Below, piece after piece: positions 18,900 through 29,115 of a stretch of DNA of 64,000 nucleotides (its first letter is position 1; each line of letters begins with the position of its first letter). The stretch comes from an uncultured delta proteobacterium (GTDB taxonomy: Bacteria > Desulfobacterota > Syntrophia > Syntrophales > UBA5619). The stretch spans positions 32,001 through 96,000 of the forward strand of contig CAWFOM010000006.1 of NCBI GenBank assembly GCA_963817385.1, in the 5' to 3' direction. The position numbers were made by a program, and so were the translations under genes. The notes under the pieces are model-generated. The model did no database searches and had not been told where the DNA came from. It saw only the letters and a program-made list of their open reading frames with translations.

Positions 18900-19916
18900 T
18901 CAGCGCCCCGTGTGCTTTTTGGGGATGCGGCCCGTCGTTATGCACTCCGAACGGAGACGGCGCCCCAGGATCCGTTCATACATCTGGCCGATCTCCAGGA
19001 GGCGATCCACATCCACCCCCGTCTCGATTCCCATCTCGTCCATCATGACCACCATGTCCTCGGTGGATGCGAGCCCGACGATGTTGGGGTCTGCATAATA
19101 ATATTTGCCGGTTCCCGCAACCGGGCAGCCGTCGACGAAATTGGCCGGCTGTCCTCCCGTGCCGCCGAGGGTCGATTCGAAATGGGTGATCCCCGCCTGG
19201 AGGGCGGCCAGCACATTCGCCAGACCCCACCCGCGGGTCACGTGAAAATGGGCGATATGGAGGTTCGGATCGGGTATGGCGTCCAGGAGCAGGGAGAAGT
19301 ATTCGTACACCTTGTTGGGGGGCGCCGAACCGTCATGGTCGGCGTGTTCGATGTCATCCGCCCCGATATCCAGGAAGCGCCGGGTGAACTCGATGGCCTT
19401 CTTCAATTCAGTCGGGCCTTCGATGGGGCAGCCCCAGATGGTGGAAACCGTGCCGTTGACCTTGATCCCGTTTTCGTGGGCCATTTTGATGTATTTTTCG
19501 CACATCTTCCAGTACTCTGCCAGGGAGAGGCCGGAATTGCGCCGGTGATGGGATTCGCTGGTCGAGACCATGAAGAGGATGCGGTCCGGTCCCCACCCCT
19601 TCTGCCGGGCGTCGAACGCCCGTTCGGCGGCCTTTTCCCGGATGGTCACCGCGGTGATCTGGAGATCCTGGCGTTTATCCTTCAGGAGCTTGCTGCCGGA
19701 GATGGCCTGCAGCAGTTGATCGGCGTCGGCAAACTGGGGCATCGCCTTGGGGTTTCCCAGGTTGGTGACTTCCAGCCGCGTGAAGCCGGCCAGGACGAGC
19801 TGTTCGGTGATCCAGAGCTTGGCCTGGGTGGGGATGGTCTTCTGCTCGTGCTGGAGACCGTCTCGTACCGAGATCTCGCCCAGAACGACTTTCGTCGGAT
19901 AATTCATTGTCGCCAT
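18900..19916 (-). CDS. HMG-CoA lyase-like DRE-TIM metallolyase
   Basis: EISVRDGLQHE, STIWGCP, AHFHVTRG.GLAN, TLGGTGG, STEDMV. Confidence 0.85.
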   Translation of the reverse strand: MATMNYPTKVVLGEISVRDGLQHEQKTIPTQAKLWITEQLVLAGFTRLEVTNLGNPKAMPQFADADQLLQAISGSKLLKDKRQDLQITAVTIREKAAERAFDARQKGWGPDRILFMVSTSESHHRRNSGLSLAEYWKMCEKYIKMAHENGIKVNGTVSTIWGCPIEGPTELKKAIEFTRRFLDIGADDIEHADHDGSAPPNKVYEYFSLLLDAIPDPNLHIAHFHVTRGWGLANVLAALQAGITHFESTLGGTGGQPANFVDGCPVAGTGKYYYADPNIVGLASTEDMVVMMDEMGIETGVDVDRLLEIGQMYERILGRRLRSECITTGRIPKKHTGR

Positions 19917-20145
19917 TTCTCCGCTCTCCTTTCCGATCGGTAATGAAATACTACATGAATGTTAGGCAAACTCACTCTCTATCCGCGGTTCGTCATCCGG
20001 AAAAGCCGGTTGCGAGGACACTATTCATCCCGTGAGCATGCGTGGGGATTTTCTGCATGATTTACCAGGGGAAAAGCGGCGGGGATGAGAGAGCACATGA
20101 ACCGCGATGCAGTTTTGCTAACATTTTCCTGTATTTGCTGTCAAG

Positions 20146-20671
20146 TCAAAAGATCGGCTGGGGAGGGAGGAGACGGGTGAGGCGGTCGGAGACGCTCCGG
20201 GCGAGGTGCGAAAGGAGGGTGGTGTCCATGCCCGGCTTGTAACGCGTCGGGGAGGCGTCGCCATGATTCATGCTCCCGATCAGCCTGCCGTGGAGGGTGA
20301 TCGGCGATACGGCGAGAGACCTGATGAAATACTTTCGGTTGCGCGGCAGCAGACGGAAGAAGGGCCTGAGATCGCCGCTTACGAGAAGCGGGGAGCGGCA
20401 TCGGGGATGATCTCCAGAAACCGCGCCTGTTCGATGCTGTTGACGCGGTCGCGAGCAGAGTCGATGCTTCCAGACTCTTCAGCAGGCCGGCTGTCTCCGG
20501 GAGGCGGATGAGGGAGAGCCAGACGAACGGGATACCGAACTCCGTCTCGATCTTGGCAAGCAGCGCCTCGAAGAGCTCCACGGCAGACCGGCGGGCAGCG
20601 AGATCGGCTTTGATCTTCCGGAATTTGCGTGCAATTTCATCATTGATCTTCGGGATGTCCGGCTCGTTCAT
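20146..20671 (-). CDS. GAF-like/DUF484-type protein, frameshifted
   Basis: N-terminal helical part, then in alternate frames FIRSLAVSPITLHGRLIGSMNHGDASPTRYKPGMDTTLL. Confidence 0.6.
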
Positions 20672-20680
20672 CAGCCATTC

Positions 20681-21469
20681 CTAACCGGTCGTAAAGTCGG
20701 CGACGAGGATCGTATGGTCGGACGGCTTTTCCGCCAGACGCGGGTTCATATCGATGTCGCAGCTAAGCGATCGCGCCGCGAGCTGAGGCGTGGCGAGGAT
20801 GTGGTCGACCCGCCAGCCGAGCCCCCGCTGCACCGCCTGCGGCACCCGGTAATCGAAGAATGTGTAACGGCCCGCCTCCCCCGGATGGTGCCTGCGGAAG
20901 ATGTCGTCAAGGCCGCGCGAGCGGACGGCGGCGAATGCCTCCCACACCTCCGGGGTGAAGCAAACGTGGCCGAGCAGCCGCTTGGGGTTATGGACGTCGA
21001 TCGCCTCCGGCGCGACGTTGAGATCGCCGCACCAGATGAACGGGGCGTCCGGGGGGTACCTCCGGGCGAAGAAGTTTCGCAGACGCTCGAACCAGGCCAG
21101 CTTGTAGGCGAAATGGGTCGTCTCCCGCTCCCGCCCCTGGGGGACGTAGGTGTTCACGACGGGAATCCCGCCGAAGTCGGCGGCTATCAGGCGGTCCTCG
21201 TCGGCCGGTCCGCCGTCGGAGAGGCCGTACCGGACCGCTTCCGGTTTTTCCCGCGAGGCGATCGCCACGCCGTTGTACTGCCTCATCCCGCGGAAGAGCA
21301 CGTGGTAGCCGGCCGCCTGGAATTCCCCTGCGGGAAACTGTGCATCCTCCACCTTTGTTTCCTGCATGCACAGGCAATCGGGCCGGTGATCCCTGAGCCA
21401 GGGGATGATGATGTGGAGGCGGCTCCGGATGGAATTGACGTTGTAGGTGGCGATCCTGAAGGTTCCCAT
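20681..21469 (-). CDS. xth: Exodeoxyribonuclease III
   Basis: [36 protein letters not shown]; start MGTFRI after GAGGAG. Confidence 0.95.
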   Translation of the reverse strand: MGTFRIATYNVNSIRSRLHIIIPWLRDHRPDCLCMQETKVEDAQFPAGEFQAAGYHVLFRGMRQYNGVAIASREKPEAVRYGLSDGGPADEDRLIAADFGGIPVVNTYVPQGRERETTHFAYKLAWFERLRNFFARRYPPDAPFIWCGDLNVAPEAIDVHNPKRLLGHVCFTPEVWEAFAAVRSRGLDDIFRRHHPGEAGRYTFFDYRVPQAVQRGLGWRVDHILATPQLAARSLSCDIDMNPRLAEKPSDHTILVADFTTG

Positions 21470-21639
21470 CCGCTCCTCCCCTGAACTCCCCGCGGCTGCG
21501 GAAACATCAATCCGAGAGGAACAACCTTTTCCGCTTATCCGCGGCAGCCGCGGGATGCATCGTGCGGATTCATCACCGTATCGTTCCGAAGGCGGGGACT
21601 TCCATCGCTTGGCGATTATGGACAGCAGTCGGAAAAAAG

Positions 21640-22840
21640 TCAAGGCAGTATGGTGGTCGCAGACGATTTGGGCCGGGGCGCATAAGGAGTCTGGAGATAT
21701 CTCCTCGCCTCTGTCTGGGCGATCCCTTCACCGCCTTCCACCGCCAGTGCCCGGGAATAGAATTCCTCCGCCTGTTTCCTCTCCTTGCGGATGTCATGGA
21801 TCATTCCCAGGCGCACCAGGGCAGAGGTTCGGATCCGGACATTGGTGACGGACATATCCGTCAGGGCTCTCCGGAAGTATTCCCCTGCCCGGGCATACTC
21901 CCCCTGATTGAACAGGATCCTCCCCAGCAGATGATCGTACCGGGGCTGAAGCTGAGGCACAAAGGGAGGGGTGCCGGTCTGAATCGCCTTTTCAATCTCC
22001 CCGGCGACGACAAAGGCCTCCGCGAAACGGTTGAGCTCGGACAGGGTGGTTGCCAGGGCAAACGCGAAGTTGTAATTCCGGGGAAACTTTTCCCTGAGTT
22101 CCCGGGTGATGGGTAGGGCCCGGGCCGGCTGCTCTTCGAAATAGGTGTAGACGGAAGAGAGTTCCGCTTGTGCGAGTTCCCGGAGAAGATCCCCCTTCTG
22201 TGCCGCAATCTCCAGCTCCTGCAGCCCTTTCTGATGGTCCGCGGCGGTGATCAAGAGCGAGGAGACGATACGGACCGCGGCGGGGAGATGATCGAGGTGG
22301 TAATGGAGCAGGCCGAGGGGGAAATAGATGTCATAATTCTGCGGATCTTCCGTCTTTGCCTTTTCCAGATAGGACCAGATATTCGCACTCTCCTGAGCGA
22401 TCACGAGGTACCGCTTCTGGGTAAGCGCCCAGCGGATCTTGACGATCTTCGCGAGCGCCATGGCAAAGTATGCCTGAGAGTCCCGGGCGTTCTTTTCGAT
22501 CCTGTTTAGTCCCCGGCCAAGCGCCTCCTCGACGTCCTGCAGCATGGACTCCTGATCTCTTGCCCTCTCCTGCGGATCGAAGCTCATCTCATAGGAGAAC
22601 AGGTGGGTCAGTGCCAGGAAGGAATAGCCGAGGGGGTTTCCCCGGTCCAGTTCCACCGCCTTCTGGAAAAGGCTCGTTGCCTGTTGCGTTTCCAGGTTGA
22701 AGGCCTTTTCGATCCCCTGCCGGAGATAGGTGCGAAGCGGGGCCTGCTGGGCGTCCCCGGCTTCCGCCTCGGTTTGGGCGAGCGCTCAGGAAGGCGAGGC
22801 AAAGGACAATAAGAACCATGAGCGGGCAATGGTTTTTCAT
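21640..22840 (-). CDS. Secreted tetratricopeptide-repeat protein, N-terminus frameshifted
   Basis: Signal-like [20 protein letters not shown] in the upstream frame; multiple TPR-like helices in ORF 21640-22656. Confidence 0.7.
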
Positions 22841-22855
22841 ACGCCTGAACTCACC

Positions 22856-23761
22856 TCAAATTCTTCCGGGCGATGCTTCCTCCATGGCAGATCGGCGGCG
22901 GTTGGTCAGATAGACGCCGGCCATGACGAGGAGGGCTCCCACCAGGAGGGAGAGATTGACCGCCTCGCCGAGAATCAGCCATCCGAAAAAAATGCTGCTC
23001 ACGGGGACGAAATTGATGAAGACCGACGCCCGGGTGGGACCAATCGCCCTGATCCCTTCATAATACCAGAAAAAGCCGAGGACCGTGCCGAAAAATCCGA
23101 GATAGACGATCCCGACCCAGTCTTTCAGGGCAATGCCGCCGATCAGCCGGGGGAGTCCCTCCATGCAGGCCGGGATGAGCATGGCGGCGCCGCCGATGAG
23201 GCAGGAGTAGGTGACTGCGGCGAGCGGCGAGAGGTCCTTCATGATGACCTTGCCGATGAGCGAGTAGGCGACCCAGCTCGCGACACAGCAGAGGAGGTAA
23301 ATCTCGCCCCATCCGACGCCTCCGGTGAAGATCGAAAGGAGATCACCCCGGGATATGACAATTGTCGCCCCGGTAAGGCACAGGAAGATGCCGCTCACTC
23401 CTTTGGCATTCAGCCGTTCCCGGAAGATGATGGCAGACAAAAGCGAAATGAAGATCGGGTTCGTGGCCACGATGAGGGAGGCCCGGCTGGCGGTGACCGT
23501 CTTCATCCCAAGGAAGAAAAAGACGTTGTAGGCAAAGACCCCCGTCATGCCGAGCAGAACCGCAGGGACGATCTGATGCCGCTGCAGGCGGGGAATCCGA
23601 CCTTCCTGCCGGATGATTATGACGAGCAGGAAAAGCGATGCCGTGAAAAACCGCAGAAACGATGCGGAATAGGGGCCGACATGCTGGGCGACGACCCTGG
23701 CTGCCACGAAGGTGCCGCCCCAAAAGATCGTGGTGAGGAAGAGCTTGAGGGTAATGATCAT
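22856..23761 (-). CDS. DMT/EamA-family transporter
   Basis: FWGGTF, LRF, two EamA repeats, about 10 hydrophobic segments. Confidence 0.9.
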   Translation of the reverse strand: MIITLKLFLTTIFWGGTFVAARVVAQHVGPYSASFLRFFTASLFLLVIIIRQEGRIPRLQRHQIVPAVLLGMTGVFAYNVFFFLGMKTVTASRASLIVATNPIFISLLSAIIFRERLNAKGVSGIFLCLTGATIVISRGDLLSIFTGGVGWGEIYLLCCVASWVAYSLIGKVIMKDLSPLAAVTYSCLIGGAAMLIPACMEGLPRLIGGIALKDWVGIVYLGFFGTVLGFFWYYEGIRAIGPTRASVFINFVPVSSIFFGWLILGEAVNLSLLVGALLVMAGVYLTNRRRSAMEEASPGRI

Positions 23762-23777
23762 GGTGTTTCTGTATCAT

Positions 23778-23810
23778 AAAAAAAGCCGGCAGAATAGCCA
23801 CCTCTGCCGG
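23778..23810 (-). terminator. Intrinsic terminator immediately upstream of the EamA gene (attenuator-like)
   Basis: CCGGCAGA-ggtggctat-TCTGCCGG-C-TTTTTTT on the minus strand, ending 16 nt before the start codon. Confidence 0.75.
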
Positions 23811-24077
23811 AACAAAATAGAAGTTCATCCGGTTGATGCGAACTATCTCTCATTCACAAGTCCGGAGACTTCAGGTCATCGTTGAATTGATGATTACCAC
23901 TTGAAATGTCGGATATCCACTCATAGTATCGAGCGGTGGCTTCAGGAAAAGTCTCTTTCGGGTGGAGTTCCATCTCCGCGGCCCGCTGCCGCACACTTCC
24001 CCATATCCGGTTTGTGTTCGGTACGGGCCCGTGCGCCTGATAAAGGCCGCGGATGTTGTCGGTATCGTTTGATCCGG

Positions 24078-24419
24078 TTATCCAAGAATATCGAAGAGGG
24101 TTCCCTGCATCTCTTGCGTGGTCTTCACCGTCAGGAGATTCGCCTCGTAGCCGCGCTGGTTGACCATGAGGGCCATCAATTCCTCTTCCGTATTCACATT
24201 GGAGGTCTCCCGCTCCAGCCCATTGATCGTGACCGTGTCGCCCGGCGTATTGATCTGCTGCGTGGAAATCGCCACCCCAGGTAGCGTCGTCTGGATCATG
24301 TCGGCGCGAATTTTTTTGAATCCGTCTGTGTTTACATTGGCAATATTATTTGCAATTACGTCATTCTTCCGTTCGAAGGCCCGAAGCGCCGTAAGGGCGA
24401 TATCGGCGGCATTTGACAT
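24078..24419 (-). CDS. Short flagellar basal-body rod-like protein (FlgC/FlgG termini only)
   Basis: ANNIANVNTDGFK and SNVNTEEELMALM...YEAN...GTLFDI; RBS GAGGAGG. Confidence 0.8.
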   Translation of the reverse strand: MSNAADIALTALRAFERKNDVIANNIANVNTDGFKKIRADMIQTTLPGVAISTQQINTPGDTVTINGLERETSNVNTEEELMALMVNQRGYEANLLTVKTTQEMQGTLFDILG

Positions 24420-24665
24420 GGCAGTCCACCTCCTCATAAGGGTCGTTTTTACCGGTATCGGCATTTCGGAGGGGAAACTTTAATCGGCAGATCTGCACGT
24501 GGGATTTGCCTGTGTACTTTTTCCTGCAATCTCTGTATCATGGCCCCACCGGCAGGGCAGGCGCGGCTGCCCGGAGGAGGCGCCTGCGGCTGCCGGAAAT
24601 GCGAATCCTCGAAGGTCGATCCTTGCGGGGAACTTTCCTGAACGGGTGTTGAAAAACACCGGAGG

Positions 24666-25550
24666 GTGATCACGATGCCGGTACATTCCCGGGGGGGCGG
24701 GTGGCCGATCTTGAAGGAGATCGGCCGGAATCTGGGACTGCTGGTTCTGGGCAGCATCCTGTGCGCCGTGGCCATCAATGGGGTTCTCATCCCCCACCGC
24801 TTCGTCAGCGGCGGCGTCACGGGACTGGCGCTTGTCATCCATTATCTCGTGCCGCTTTTCCCCGTATCCGCGATCTATGTCCTGGCGAATGTGCCGCTGT
24901 TCATCGCCGGCTGGTTTTTCATCAGCCGCCGGTTCTTCATCTACAGCACCATCGGCATGCTTGTGTTTGCGGGCGCTGTCGCCTTGGTGGACGTCGATGT
25001 TCCGGTCCAGGACAAGCTTCTCGCCGCCCTTCTGGCCGGGCTGATCCAGGGGGTGGGATCCGGGATCATCCTGAAATCGATGGGGTCAGCCGGCGGGACC
25101 GACATCTTGTCGGTTATCCTCCTCCAGCGTTTTTCCATCCGGCTGGGGACGACGGTCCTCGCCTTCAACAGTGTGATCCTGGCAACTGCGGCTCTGCTCT
25201 TCTCCCTGGAAGACGCCCTCTATACCCTGATCTATCTTTATGTCTCCACGCAGATTGTCGATTTGGTCGTAACGGGACTAAGCCAGCGGAAGGCGGTCTT
25301 TATCATCTCGCCCCGGTGGGAGGCAATCTCCCCCCGGATTCTTACCGAGATCCACCGCGGGGTGACCATCCTCCGCGGTCAGGGGGCCTATTCGCAGCGG
25401 GAGCAGCAGATCCTCTACACGGTGGTGAGCTTCCCCGAGGTGGCGACCCTCAAACAGATCGTCCGCAGCGAGGATCCCGGCGCGTTCGTGGTGGTGTCCG
25501 ACACGACCGAGGTGATGGGACATCGCATCGGCAACCAACCCCACTGGTGA
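24666..25550 (+). CDS. YitT-family membrane protein
   Basis: SGGVTGLA, GSAGGTDIL, RGVTIL.G.GAY, DPGAFV (DUF2179). Confidence 0.9.
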   Translation: MITMPVHSRGGGWPILKEIGRNLGLLVLGSILCAVAINGVLIPHRFVSGGVTGLALVIHYLVPLFPVSAIYVLANVPLFIAGWFFISRRFFIYSTIGMLVFAGAVALVDVDVPVQDKLLAALLAGLIQGVGSGIILKSMGSAGGTDILSVILLQRFSIRLGTTVLAFNSVILATAALLFSLEDALYTLIYLYVSTQIVDLVVTGLSQRKAVFIISPRWEAISPRILTEIHRGVTILRGQGAYSQREQQILYTVVSFPEVATLKQIVRSEDPGAFVVVSDTTEVMGHRIGNQPHW

Positions 25551-25577
25551 CGGCCCCGGGAAAGTCCCCGTCGAAGG

Positions 25578-26297
25578 TTACTGCTTGAGCGCCTCCCGTA
25601 TCCGGCGGCCCGTCTCCGGCCCCTCGATCGCCTTTTCCATGGCGTCCGACAGGACGCCGTTGATCTGGCTTTCCAGCTTTTCCTCCGAGAGGACGATATG
25701 GTCGAGCGAGGAGGTGCTTTCCGACGTGATCCGGTAGAAGATCCTTTTTTTCTGTACGTCGGCGAAGAGCAGCGTCACCCGAGCCTTGGCGCTGTAACGC
25801 GTCATCGTAAGGCTGTCGAGGCAGGTCACATCGAGTTCATCAATGGTTCCGCCGATGAGTATGGTCCCCCACTCCGGGCGGATGGTTCCCTCTTTGAGGT
25901 CCCATACCGGCTTATCCGCGGAGACGGTGTAGCTCGATTTGAACAGGAGTTCGCGGAGCGCCGAGGCAACGGCGTCCGCCGGTTTGACGTATTTGGGCAG
26001 GATCGGAATCGTGCTTCCGTCCGACTTGGTTACCCGGCCGATGAGCAACGTGTCCTCCATTTTTCTCTGATCGATAAACGAGGCCACCGTCAGGCTGTAT
26101 TTCTGGCCGTCGGTCACCGCCGGTGGAATCAGCTTCGTCGGTTGATAGCGCATGTCGACGTTGTAAAGGGTGGGCGCGCAGCCGCTTGCCAGAAACAGCA
26201 GAGACAGGCAGGCGACGATTCGGACGAGACCCCGGCCGGGGCGCTTCCCTTTTTTCCCGCACACGGCGGCGAACCCTGCTGCGATATCCCTTATCAT
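25578..26297 (-). CDS. Lipoprotein of unknown function (YajG-like)
   Basis: Lipobox LASGC; RBS GAGGAGG. Confidence 0.6.
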   Translation of the reverse strand: MIRDIAAGFAAVCGKKGKRPGRGLVRIVACLSLLFLASGCAPTLYNVDMRYQPTKLIPPAVTDGQKYSLTVASFIDQRKMEDTLLIGRVTKSDGSTIPILPKYVKPADAVASALRELLFKSSYTVSADKPVWDLKEGTIRPEWGTILIGGTIDELDVTCLDSLTMTRYSAKARVTLLFADVQKKRIFYRITSESTSSLDHIVLSEEKLESQINGVLSDAMEKAIEGPETGRRIREALKQ

Positions 26298-26367
26298 GGG
26301 TAAAACCTCCTCAAAGATCTGTGGTACGTCCGTTAACGGGTGAGAAGACAGCCGGTTTTCTCACTCC

Positions 26368-29115
26368 TCACTTCGCTTTTCCCCCCTTTTTTTCGAGGGT
26401 CAGCAGGAGCTCTCCCGTCTTCTTGATCTCCTCGCCGTATCCCCCCCAGTTTCCCTGCCGGAGAAATTCCTGCGCCTTCCGGAAATGGCCGAGTGCCTCG
26501 AGGGCCGTCTGCCGGTCGCTCAGGTCGCCGCCGGCCGCGGGCTTCTTCACCTCGGCGGGCGTCTCCTTGTCCTTCATCGGTCCCCCGCCGAAAATCTTCT
26601 GGAGGGACAAGTCCAGGTTCTCTTCCATGGCGATGCTGTTGCCGTAGGCTACGATCACCCTTTTGAGCTCGGGGAGCTGGCCGTTGGAGGCGGCCAGGTA
26701 GAGGGATTCGACGTAGAGGATCGACTTCTCGATCGGGATCGCCAAGAGACTCCCCCTGATCACGTTCGATCCGTGCTGCTGCCAGAGCGACAACTGTTGG
26801 GAGATGATCGTATCCTGGTCGATCCGGGCCTCGATCTGGCGGGGGCCATAGACCAGCTTCTGCTTGGGAAACTTGTAGACGATCACCTTGCCGTAGTGGG
26901 GGGCGTCGCAACGGGCCGCCATCCAGGCCGACATGTTGTCTTTCATGCTCGGGGTAAAGGGCGCCAGGAGGATGAACTCCTCCTTCTCGGCCCCGGGGAG
27001 CTTCATGATCGTGTAGTAGGGGTCCATCGCCTGCTGGCCGCCGGCGGTCTGCTTGCCGGGAATCGACCAGAGGTCCTCTTTGTTGTAGAAGACCTGCGCA
27101 TCCTGCATGTGGTAGGCCCGGTACATCCGCGCCTGGATCGCGAGCAGCCCCGGGGGATAGCGCACATGGCTCCGCAGGGCTTCCGGCATCTCGGCCAGCG
27201 GCTTGTAGACGCCCGGGAAGATCTTTGCGTAGGTCTGCATGATCGGGTCGGCCGGGTCGCTCACGTAAAGTTGGATCGTTCCGTCATAGGCGTCGATGAC
27301 CGCCTTGATGGTGTTGCGGATGTAGTTGCCCATATCGGGGGTCGGCTCTGAATAGGGGAAGCGGTCCGTCGTCGTGTAGCCGTCGACAAACCACAGCAGG
27401 CGACCCTCCGGCGAGACGACCAGATAGGGGTCGTGGTCCAGGTGGGCGAAGGGGACGATCATCGAGACTCGGTCGCGAACGTTGCGGTGGTATACGATCC
27501 GGCTGTCGGAGGTGATGTCGTCCGAAAGGAGCATCGTGATCGAGCCGAAACGGACCGCGAAGATCAGCTTCTTCCAGAGGGAGAGGGGGACGCCCCCCTT
27601 CCCCTCGTAGCGGGAGTAGACGTTCTTGTCCCCCACCGGGTAGTCGAACTCCGGCTGCTTCGACCGGACGAAGACGTACTCGTTGGAGTTCTCCCCGAAG
27701 TAGATCTCGGGGCGCACCACCTTGAGGGGCGTCGTCGAAACGGGGGGGATGTCCTTGATGAAGAACTCCGGGAGCCCCTCGGCGGAGATCCGGTTCACGG
27801 GCCCGAGGACGACGCCGTAGCCGTGGGTGTAGGTCAAATGCTCGTTGACCCAGGAGCGGGAGGGGAGAGCCGGGTAGGAGATCTCCCGGGGGGAGAGCAT
27901 CACCTGGCGGTATTCGCCGTTGATCGTGTAGCGGTCGTTGTCGACGCCGGTAAACTTGTAGTAGGTCCGCATCTCCTGGAGCTGGCTGTAGGTCTGCAGG
28001 AGCGGCGCATGGTTCCAGAGCCTGATGTTCTTGATGGTGAGGTTGTTCTTCTGGAGGTCCCGGGCGGTCAGGTTCTCCTCAGTCGGGAACTCCTGCTCCT
28101 CGATCTGGGTGAGGCCGTAGGCCAGGCGCGTGTACTGGATGTTCTTCTCCAGGTAAGGTTTCTCGGCGACGATCTCGTTAGGAATTACCTGGAATTTCTG
28201 GATGAGGGAAGGATAAATACCGCGGCCCAGGACCGTCACCGCAATGAGAAGCAGAATCGCCGCCGCCGGAAGACGCCAGTCGGGGCGGAAGGCAAAGAAG
28301 AGTACGGCCAGTCCCGCAAAGGCGTAGATTCCCATCAGGAGCTTGAGCACCCACAACTGGGTGGTCACGTCGGTATAACCGGGGCCGAAGACCACCCCCC
28401 GTTTTGTGAAGAGGAGGTTGCTGAGGTCAAGCCAGGTGCCGAAGACCCCCCAGAAAAAGAATAGGGCGACGATCAGTGCGAGATGCACGCGGGCGGCCGG
28501 GGCAATCTTGAATATGTGCGGCGGGATGAACAGGAACGACCGACGGACGAGATAGATGAATCCCGTCGCCGCCGCGGTCGCCATAAGGACGAAGTTTATC
28601 CAGCCGAAGAAATGGAGGAGGAAGGGGAGCCGAAAGACGTAAAACCCGATATCCTTCTGGAAGAGCGGATCGGTGACGCCGAAGGGGGTTGGGTTCAGGA
28701 AGAGGAGGAAGTTCTCCCACTGGGCGGAGCCGTTGAGGGTTGCAAAAAGGCCGACGAGGAGTGATCCTAAGAGGATCAGGGTCTTCAGAAGGTGCGGTTC
28801 CATCTCCCGCATGGGGATGCCGAAGGTGCCCGCTCCCGCCGGATCGCCGTAAAGCGGGTTCCGCGACAGGCGAAAGGCGGTCAGGAGGTTGGCGGCCAGG
28901 ATGATGAAGAATCCCACCCCGAAGAGCGCCCCCGTCTTGATCTTCGCCCAGAGTGTCACGGTGAAGACGGTCTGGTAACCCACCTCCTGGAACCAGAACC
29001 AGTCGGTGATCAGGCCGATGATCCTCAGAAACGCCATCAGCAATACCAGCGCCGCGATAACAAAGAACATCCCTTTCATCGGTTTGGCCTGGCCGGGTGT
29101 ACGGATAGTGGTCAT
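26368..29115 (-). CDS. UPF0182-family membrane protein
   Basis: DWFWFQEVGY, DPLFQKDIGFY, NIRLW, YTHGYG, GNYIRN, YGPRQI; 915 aa. Confidence 0.93.
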   Translation of the reverse strand: MTTIRTPGQAKPMKGMFFVIAALVLLMAFLRIIGLITDWFWFQEVGYQTVFTVTLWAKIKTGALFGVGFFIILAANLLTAFRLSRNPLYGDPAGAGTFGIPMREMEPHLLKTLILLGSLLVGLFATLNGSAQWENFLLFLNPTPFGVTDPLFQKDIGFYVFRLPFLLHFFGWINFVLMATAAATGFIYLVRRSFLFIPPHIFKIAPAARVHLALIVALFFFWGVFGTWLDLSNLLFTKRGVVFGPGYTDVTTQLWVLKLLMGIYAFAGLAVLFFAFRPDWRLPAAAILLLIAVTVLGRGIYPSLIQKFQVIPNEIVAEKPYLEKNIQYTRLAYGLTQIEEQEFPTEENLTARDLQKNNLTIKNIRLWNHAPLLQTYSQLQEMRTYYKFTGVDNDRYTINGEYRQVMLSPREISYPALPSRSWVNEHLTYTHGYGVVLGPVNRISAEGLPEFFIKDIPPVSTTPLKVVRPEIYFGENSNEYVFVRSKQPEFDYPVGDKNVYSRYEGKGGVPLSLWKKLIFAVRFGSITMLLSDDITSDSRIVYHRNVRDRVSMIVPFAHLDHDPYLVVSPEGRLLWFVDGYTTTDRFPYSEPTPDMGNYIRNTIKAVIDAYDGTIQLYVSDPADPIMQTYAKIFPGVYKPLAEMPEALRSHVRYPPGLLAIQARMYRAYHMQDAQVFYNKEDLWSIPGKQTAGGQQAMDPYYTIMKLPGAEKEEFILLAPFTPSMKDNMSAWMAARCDAPHYGKVIVYKFPKQKLVYGPRQIEARIDQDTIISQQLSLWQQHGSNVIRGSLLAIPIEKSILYVESLYLAASNGQLPELKRVIVAYGNSIAMEENLDLSLQKIFGGGPMKDKETPAEVKKPAAGGDLSDRQTALEALGHFRKAQEFLRQGNWGGYGEEIKKTGELLLTLEKKGGKAK

